DNA of 64,000 bases from a bacterium. Its GTDB lineage: Bacteria > Electryoneota > Electryoneia > Electryoneales > Electryoneaceae. Position 1 is the first letter of the stretch. Every line of letters starts with the position of its first letter. The notes under the pieces were generated by a model. The model was not told the origin of the DNA. It searched no databases and saw nothing but the letters and a program-made list of their open reading frames with translations. The DNA lies in the NCBI GenBank assembly GCA_963675295.2, contig CAXXKJ010000002.1, positions 3,360,001 through 3,424,000 of the forward strand, read 5' to 3'. Made by a program: the position numbers and the translations under genes. This document shows positions 58,746 to 64,000 of the stretch, one piece after another.

Positions 58746-59780
58746 ATGTTTCGCGTCGATCTTCGCAGCGACACGGTAACCAAACCGACGGCGACCATGC
58801 GCCGGGTGATGTTTGACGCCGAGGTCGGGGATGATGTGTTCGGAGAAGATCCATCGATCCGCGCCCTCGAGGAACGGGTCGCCGAAATCCTCGGCAAGGA
58901 AGCTGCCCTGTTCGTGCCCTCCGGCACCATGGCGAACCAGATTTCACTGGCGGTAATTGCCAATACCGGTAGTGAGATCTACTGCAGCGAAAAAGCTCAC
59001 ATCTTCAACTACGAGTCCGGCGGGATTTCCGTCATCGCCCGGGCTCAGCTGCACACCATCCCCGGCGACCGGGGCATCTTCAGCGCTGATGAGGTCGCGA
59101 AACGCCTGCGTCCCGTGGATGATCACTTCCCCGTCTCACGCATCATCGAGATCGAGAACACGATGAACGGTGGCGGTGGTGCGATCTGGCCATTGGACTT
59201 GGTCGCCGCACACCGTGAACTCGCGAATCAGCACGGCATGTGGATCCACCTCGACGGCGCCCGGCTGTGGAATGCAGCGGTTGGCAGCGGTGTGCGAGAG
59301 GAAACCTGGGCATCGTACGCTGACACCGTCTCGGTCTGTTTCAGCAAAGGCCTCGGCGCTCCGGTCGGCAGCGCGATTGCGGGTAGCCGTTCGTTCATCG
59401 AGGAAGCCCACCGCTGGCGAAAACGGCTCGGCGGCGGTGTGCGTCAGGCCGGCATCATCGCGGCGGGCGCGTTGTACGCCATCGAGCACCACCGCGACCG
59501 GTTGCACGACGATCACCAGCGCGCGAAACGGCTGGCGGAGGAATTGAACCAGTACGATGTGATCGACGTTGACATGGAAGGGGTGCAGACGAACATCGTG
59601 TGGCTTACCTTCAAGGACGATTCCGCGTTGACGATGATGAACTCGTTGAAAGAACGAGGAATCGGCACGATTGCGTTTGACGGGCAGCGCATGCGCTTGG
59701 TCACCCACCTCGACGTGGACGACAAAGGCATTGACGCAGCCCTGCTCGCGTTCCGTGAACTACTTTCGGCGACACCATGA
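58746..59780 (+). CDS. ltaE: Low-specificity L-threonine aldolase
   Basis: DLRSDTVT, PSGTMANQ, HLDGARLWNA, CFSKGLGAPVGS. Confidence 0.95.
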   Translation: MFRVDLRSDTVTKPTATMRRVMFDAEVGDDVFGEDPSIRALEERVAEILGKEAALFVPSGTMANQISLAVIANTGSEIYCSEKAHIFNYESGGISVIARAQLHTIPGDRGIFSADEVAKRLRPVDDHFPVSRIIEIENTMNGGGGAIWPLDLVAAHRELANQHGMWIHLDGARLWNAAVGSGVREETWASYADTVSVCFSKGLGAPVGSAIAGSRSFIEEAHRWRKRLGGGVRQAGIIAAGALYAIEHHRDRLHDDHQRAKRLAEELNQYDVIDVDMEGVQTNIVWLTFKDDSALTMMNSLKERGIGTIAFDGQRMRLVTHLDVDDKGIDAALLAFRELLSATP

Positions 59781-59959
59781 GTTCATTGATCCTGATTATC
59801 GCACTGGTGGTTTCCATTTTCACTCTCGGAGTGCTGACGAAGCTGCTTCGCGAGGTGAACCGGCACGCGTCCAGCGAGCTGGAGGAAACCGAACGGCGGA
59901 TCGAGGAACTGGAAGCTCAGATGGACAAGCTGGAACAGCTGGAAAAGGAAGACGATTAG
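59777..59959 (+). CDS. Small TM + coiled-coil protein
   Basis: ATGA overlap with ltaE; hydrophobic N-terminus; acidic coil. Confidence 0.6.
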   Translation: MSSLILIIALVVSIFTLGVLTKLLREVNRHASSELEETERRIEELEAQMDKLEQLEKEDD

Positions 59960-59960
59960 A

Positions 59961-60168
59961 CAGTTGTCAGATGTCAGATGTCAGATGTCAGTTGTCAGTG
60001 GTATTTGGTATTTGGTATTTGGTATTTGGTATTTGGGTGTTGCCATTGCCCACAGCCTATAGCCCATAGCCCGAATTCAGTTGTCAGTGGTCTGTTACTC
60101 ATCACTCACCACTCATCACTCATAACTGATGTCGGTGCCAGAGCCCCGCGCCCCAAGCCCGGAGCCCG
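59961..60168. repeat. Composite heptamer tandem repeat array
   Basis: (CAGWTGT)5, (TGGTATT)5, (CCYAYAG)3, NNACTCA-like x5, gagcccc-like x4. Confidence 0.85.
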
Positions 60169-60193
60169 TATTTTCAGCACACGGACGAACGCC

Positions 60194-61189
60194 ATGGCAG
60201 ACGAAGCCGCCTTAAATCCCCTGTACGCCTGGCCCTACCTCGACGAACTCAACCCCGGTGAACAGGTCGACACCTTTCTCGCGGTGCGCAAGGCCGAACT
60301 GCGGCGCACCCGTGACAACAAACCGTTCCTGCTGCTTGACCTCGGCGACCGCACCGGGCACATGAAGGCGAATGTCTGGGACGACGCCGAGACCTTCCTC
60401 AAGGCCCTGCCGGTGGGCACACTGGTCAAGGTTCGCGCCACCCCGCAGGAATACCAGGGCAAGCTCGAGCTGAAGCTGCATTTGATCCGTCCAGTCACCG
60501 ACGCCGACGAGTTCGAGCCGGACCGTTTCGTGCCGAAAACCGACCGTGATCCGGAGCTGGACTGGACCGTGATCCGTGACGCGGTGAAGGCCGTCGAACA
60601 CAAGGGCATCAAGCAGCTGTTGGATGGCCTCCTTGCGGATGAGGAGTTGATCGACAAGTTCACCCTCGCCCCCGCCGGCAAAATGTGGCATCACGGCTAC
60701 CTTGGCGGCCTGCTCGAACACACCGCCTCGATCATGGGGCTGGTGCTCAAGCTGTGCGAGCATTATCCGAAGCTGAACCGTGACTTGCTCGTCGCCGGCA
60801 CGCTCTGCCATGACATCGGCAAGCTGTGGGAGTTGCAGACCGATTCGGTGATTGATTACACGGTCCGTGGACGCCTGGAAGGGCACATCGTCATTGGCGC
60901 CGAATTCCTGCAACGCCGGATGGACGAGATCGAGGAACTGGACTTCGAGACGAAGGTCCAGATCAAGCATCTGGTCCTCAGCCATCAGGGTATGCTCGAG
61001 CAGAGCAGCCCTGTGGTGCCGATGACTCGCGAAGCGTTCGTCTTGTATTACCTCGACGAGATCGATAGCAAGCTCAACGCGCTTGATCGCATCTACGACA
61101 AGAACTCCGGTCAACCCGGCGACTTCACGGAATGGGTGAACCTGCTCGGGCGGCATTTGTACAAGAGTGATTCACAAGCTGGTGACTGA
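60194..61189 (+). CDS. YhaM/Cbf1-like 3'-5' exoribonuclease (OB + HD)
   Basis: LGDRTG; APAGKMWHHGYLGGLLEHT; CHDIGK; GHI; LSHQG. Confidence 0.9.
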   Translation: MADEAALNPLYAWPYLDELNPGEQVDTFLAVRKAELRRTRDNKPFLLLDLGDRTGHMKANVWDDAETFLKALPVGTLVKVRATPQEYQGKLELKLHLIRPVTDADEFEPDRFVPKTDRDPELDWTVIRDAVKAVEHKGIKQLLDGLLADEELIDKFTLAPAGKMWHHGYLGGLLEHTASIMGLVLKLCEHYPKLNRDLLVAGTLCHDIGKLWELQTDSVIDYTVRGRLEGHIVIGAEFLQRRMDEIEELDFETKVQIKHLVLSHQGMLEQSSPVVPMTREAFVLYYLDEIDSKLNALDRIYDKNSGQPGDFTEWVNLLGRHLYKSDSQAGD

Positions 61190-61199
61190 CTTACAGGTT

Positions 61200-61266
61200 T
61201 GTCATCCTGAACGAAGTGAAGGATCTCCAGATTATCCAACGCCAGATCATTTGGAGATTCTTCACG
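61200..61266. repeat. REP-like palindromic element between convergent genes
   Basis: tgtcatcctgaacgaagtgaaggatctcca ... tggagattcttcac imperfect inverted repeat. Confidence 0.55.
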
Positions 61267-61295
61267 TCACCAAGTGACTTTCAGAAGGACACCAT

Positions 61296-61769
61296 TCAAC
61301 CTTCCCCGTTCCTATCCTTCCTCTTCTTCGCGAAAAACTCGCGCAACAGCTCCGCCGACTGTTCCTCAAGGATACCGGCGGTCACCGGATACCGATGATT
61401 CAGGCGCGGATTGTCATGCATCCGATACAGCGACTCAACCGCTCCGGCTTTCGGGTCACGGGCTGCGTAGACCAACCGTTCGATCCGTGCCAGCCATAAT
61501 GCTCCGGCGCACATCGGACAGGGTTCCAGTGTCACATACAACGTCGCGCCGTTGAGGTAGCGTTGCCCGATCGTGTTCGCGGCGGCGGTGATCGCTTCCA
61601 TCTCGGCGTGCGCGGTCGGATCGTTGAGCGTGATTGTCCGGTTGCGTCCTTTGCCGATCACCCTGCCGTCCTTGACCACGACCGCGCCGATGGGGACTTC
61701 GTCGTCCCGCGCGGCTTCCTCGGCGAGGTGCAGCGCCATATCCATGTAGAGCCGATCCAAGTCGATCAT
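61296..61769 (-). CDS. tadA: tRNA adenosine(34) deaminase
   Basis: EVPIGAV, DPTAHAE, TLEPCPMCAGA, DPKAGA, LNH. Confidence 0.93.
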   Translation of the reverse strand: MIDLDRLYMDMALHLAEEAARDDEVPIGAVVVKDGRVIGKGRNRTITLNDPTAHAEMEAITAAANTIGQRYLNGATLYVTLEPCPMCAGALWLARIERLVYAARDPKAGAVESLYRMHDNPRLNHRYPVTAGILEEQSAELLREFFAKKRKDRNGEG

Positions 61770-62053
61770 CCAGCGTTCCGGGTTGTCGTCAGGTTGTTCG
61801 GAAGGTAGTTCTCAGGGTACTCCTGATCCAAGGAAACAGCACCAGGGCCGTGCCGGGACTGTAGCGGCGCTCACCATGCGGGAGTCGTCTTCGGCGATTC
61901 CATGAAATAGACGGATCTTGCGAATTCATTCCGGATACAGGCTTCATCTCTCCTGAGTTGTCGTTTTCACGGGTTCTCGGTACCTTACGACGAATGGGAG
62001 TTCCCACTGTTTTTGAACGTGAGTCCCCCGGACACACAAGCGAGGATCCAGCG

Positions 62054-63805
62054 ATGGCCACCTTGGGCAAAGATGCCAGCACTGCGACCCCTTTCCGTCG
62101 TCTCCAATCGACTGCGGAACACCGGTACCGGTATATCGGCGAGGGCGATTTTGGTGGAAAAGCGTTGGGACTTGCGTTCATGGACGAACTCCTGCGTGAC
62201 CGCTTTGATCCCGCCGAATTCCCCGGCATCCACGTCGCGATTCCGAAACTGGTCGTGTTGCGGACCTCGATGTTCCGCAACTTCATCCAGTTCAACAACC
62301 TCACCGAGCTGCTGAACGACCCACCGTCGGATGATCGCATCGGGCGGGCGTTCCAGCGCGCGACATTCCCCGGCACGTTTACCGGCGACCTGATGAGCCT
62401 CGCGGAAACACTGCGCGGCCCGTTGGCGGTGCGATCCTCGAGCCGTCTCGAGGACGCGATGTTCCAGCCGTTCGCCGGAGTGTACGCGACGAAGATGATC
62501 CCGAACAATCAGGATGGCACCACCGCGCGGTTCCACAAGCTGATCGAGGCGATCAAGTTTGTCTGGGCGTCGACATGGTTTCGTGAAGCCCGGTTGTACA
62601 TGGAAAAGGCCGGCGTCAACCCGATGGAAGAAGAAATGGCGGTGATCATCCAGGAGGTGGCCGGGGTTAAACACGGCGAGCGTTTCTACCCGACGATGTC
62701 CGGTGTCGGGCGGTCGTTTAACTATTACGCGTTCGGACGTGCGCGTCCGGAACAGGGCGTGATCGACCTTGCGCTCGGGTTGGGCAAGCACATTGTGGAC
62801 GGCGGCCTGGTCTGGACTTACTGCCCGGCCTACCCGAAGTTGCCACCGCCGGTCGCCTCACCCCGGGACTTGCTGAAGACCACGCAGAGCCGGTTCTGGT
62901 CGGTGAACCTCGGTGATATTCCCACATTTGACCCGCTTCGCGAAGCGGAGTACCTGCTCAAAAACGAGGTAGACGTCGCAGAGAAAGACGGCGAGCTGAA
63001 CCACATCGCGTCAACATACGACGGCCAGTCCGACCGTATCCTGCCGGGCATTGCGAACCCCGGGCCGCGGGTGCTCGACTTCGGGCCGATCCTGCAATAC
63101 AACGTGTTCCCGTTGAACAAGCTGATCACGCACCTGCTCAAATTGTGTGAGGACGAGCTGAAGCAGGAAGTCGAAATAGAGTTCGCGATCCAGTTGCCGG
63201 AAAAATCCGGCGACACGGTTGAATTCAGTTTCCTGCAGGTGCGTCCGATGGTCGCGTTTGAGGAGAAGGTGACTATCCATGAGGCCGACTTCAGCAACGC
63301 CGACCTGTTGATTTCGTCTGACCGTGTGCTCGGCAACGGCGTCGCCCGTAATGTGGAAGATGTGGTCTACGTCAAGCCGGAAACGTTCACCGCGGCGAAA
63401 ACCTCGCAGATCGCGCAGGAGATCGACAAGATCAACCTCAGCCTGATGCGCGACAAGAAGCCGTGCCTGTTGATCGGGTTTGGCCGTTGGGGCAGCAGCG
63501 ATTCGTGGCTCGGAATCCCGGTGGTCTGGAGCCAGATCTCATCCGCGAGCAACATCGTCGAGGTAACGACCCCGGAGATGAATGTCGACCTCAGCCAGGG
63601 CTCGCATTTCTTCCACAACCTGTCCTCCTTCCAGGTGAACTACTTTGCCGTGTCGCACAACAGCCCGAACGTGGTTGATTTCGACTGGTTGAACACGCGT
63701 GAAGTGGTGCAGGAGACGGACTTTGTACGTCACGTCCGGCTGAAGAAACCGTTATGCATCAAAGTGGATGGCCGCAGCGCGCGGGGAGTGATCATACATG
63801 GTTGA
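62054..63805 (+). CDS. PEP/pyruvate-binding (PPDK_N) domain protein
   Basis: GGKALGL, PLAVRSSSRLED, FAGVY, MAVIIQ, FLQVRP, GRWGSSD, SQGSHFFHN. Confidence 0.88.
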   Translation: MATLGKDASTATPFRRLQSTAEHRYRYIGEGDFGGKALGLAFMDELLRDRFDPAEFPGIHVAIPKLVVLRTSMFRNFIQFNNLTELLNDPPSDDRIGRAFQRATFPGTFTGDLMSLAETLRGPLAVRSSSRLEDAMFQPFAGVYATKMIPNNQDGTTARFHKLIEAIKFVWASTWFREARLYMEKAGVNPMEEEMAVIIQEVAGVKHGERFYPTMSGVGRSFNYYAFGRARPEQGVIDLALGLGKHIVDGGLVWTYCPAYPKLPPPVASPRDLLKTTQSRFWSVNLGDIPTFDPLREAEYLLKNEVDVAEKDGELNHIASTYDGQSDRILPGIANPGPRVLDFGPILQYNVFPLNKLITHLLKLCEDELKQEVEIEFAIQLPEKSGDTVEFSFLQVRPMVAFEEKVTIHEADFSNADLLISSDRVLGNGVARNVEDVVYVKPETFTAAKTSQIAQEIDKINLSLMRDKKPCLLIGFGRWGSSDSWLGIPVVWSQISSASNIVEVTTPEMNVDLSQGSHFFHNLSSFQVNYFAVSHNSPNVVDFDWLNTREVVQETDFVRHVRLKKPLCIKVDGRSARGVIIHG

Positions 63806-64000
63806 AAAGAAGAAGGCCACGTCGGCCGAGCATCTGATCGAAGCGTTGCAGGAACGCGCCAAGGAGCTCAACTGCTTGTACGAGGTGGAAGAGCTGCTCA
63901 ACGACAGCGAGGCCAGCGTAGAGGAAATCTTCAGCGGCGTTACCGCAGTTATCCCCCCCGGCTGGCAGTATCCAGACTACTGCTTCGCCCGCATCTCCTA
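63798..64000 (+). CDS. Partial CDS, probably a second PEP/pyruvate-binding-domain or sensor protein
   Basis: MVEKK..LQERAKELNCLYEVEELL..IPPGWQYPD; runs off the window. Confidence 0.55.
   Translation, partial: MVEKKKATSAEHLIEALQERAKELNCLYEVEELLNDSEASVEEIFSGVTAVIPPGWQYPDYCFARIS

Noticed and set aside
59961-60168. CRISPR array, or N-terminal extension of YhaM from 59978
   Set aside because: Units are 7 bp with no spacers; the extension is translated repeat, and the real start is probably 60194.
60212-61156. 314-aa minus-strand ORF
   Set aside because: Antisense to the YhaM-like gene.

Overview
Bacterial DNA, probably from an FCB-group (Calditrichota/KSB1-like) organism, judged from PorV, the many 'PNPFN'-type C-terminal sorting domains and a SusD-less TonB locus; the taxonomy is inference. 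The window has four parts. (1) 1-17.0 kb: a visibly lower-GC minus-strand operon with six paralogous Ser/Thr kinases carrying variable AT-rich C-termini, a PP2C phosphatase, a VWA-TM-FHA protein, a Zn-ribbon-FHA protein, an M48 protease, a LEA_2 lipoprotein and an FHA-FHA-ABC exporter. It ends at a tRNA-Lys 3' fragment that looks like an att site. (2) 17.7-41.9 kb: a LacI-controlled carbohydrate utilisation locus (TonB receptor, PorV, CBM-like proteins, sugar ABC system, two GH130, two unassigned candidate enzymes). (3) 42-52.4 kb: a SynChlorMet-like RiPP cassette without radical SAM genes (precursor, PqqD/RRE, ScmC-like kinase, ABC exporter), divergent from two secreted paralogues and an S26 peptidase-nucleotidyltransferase fusion. 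(4) 52.5-64 kb: housekeeping genes (three PPIases, ltaE, YhaM-like nuclease, tadA, PEP/pyruvate-binding proteins). All family calls come from motif recognition by eye; no database search was run.
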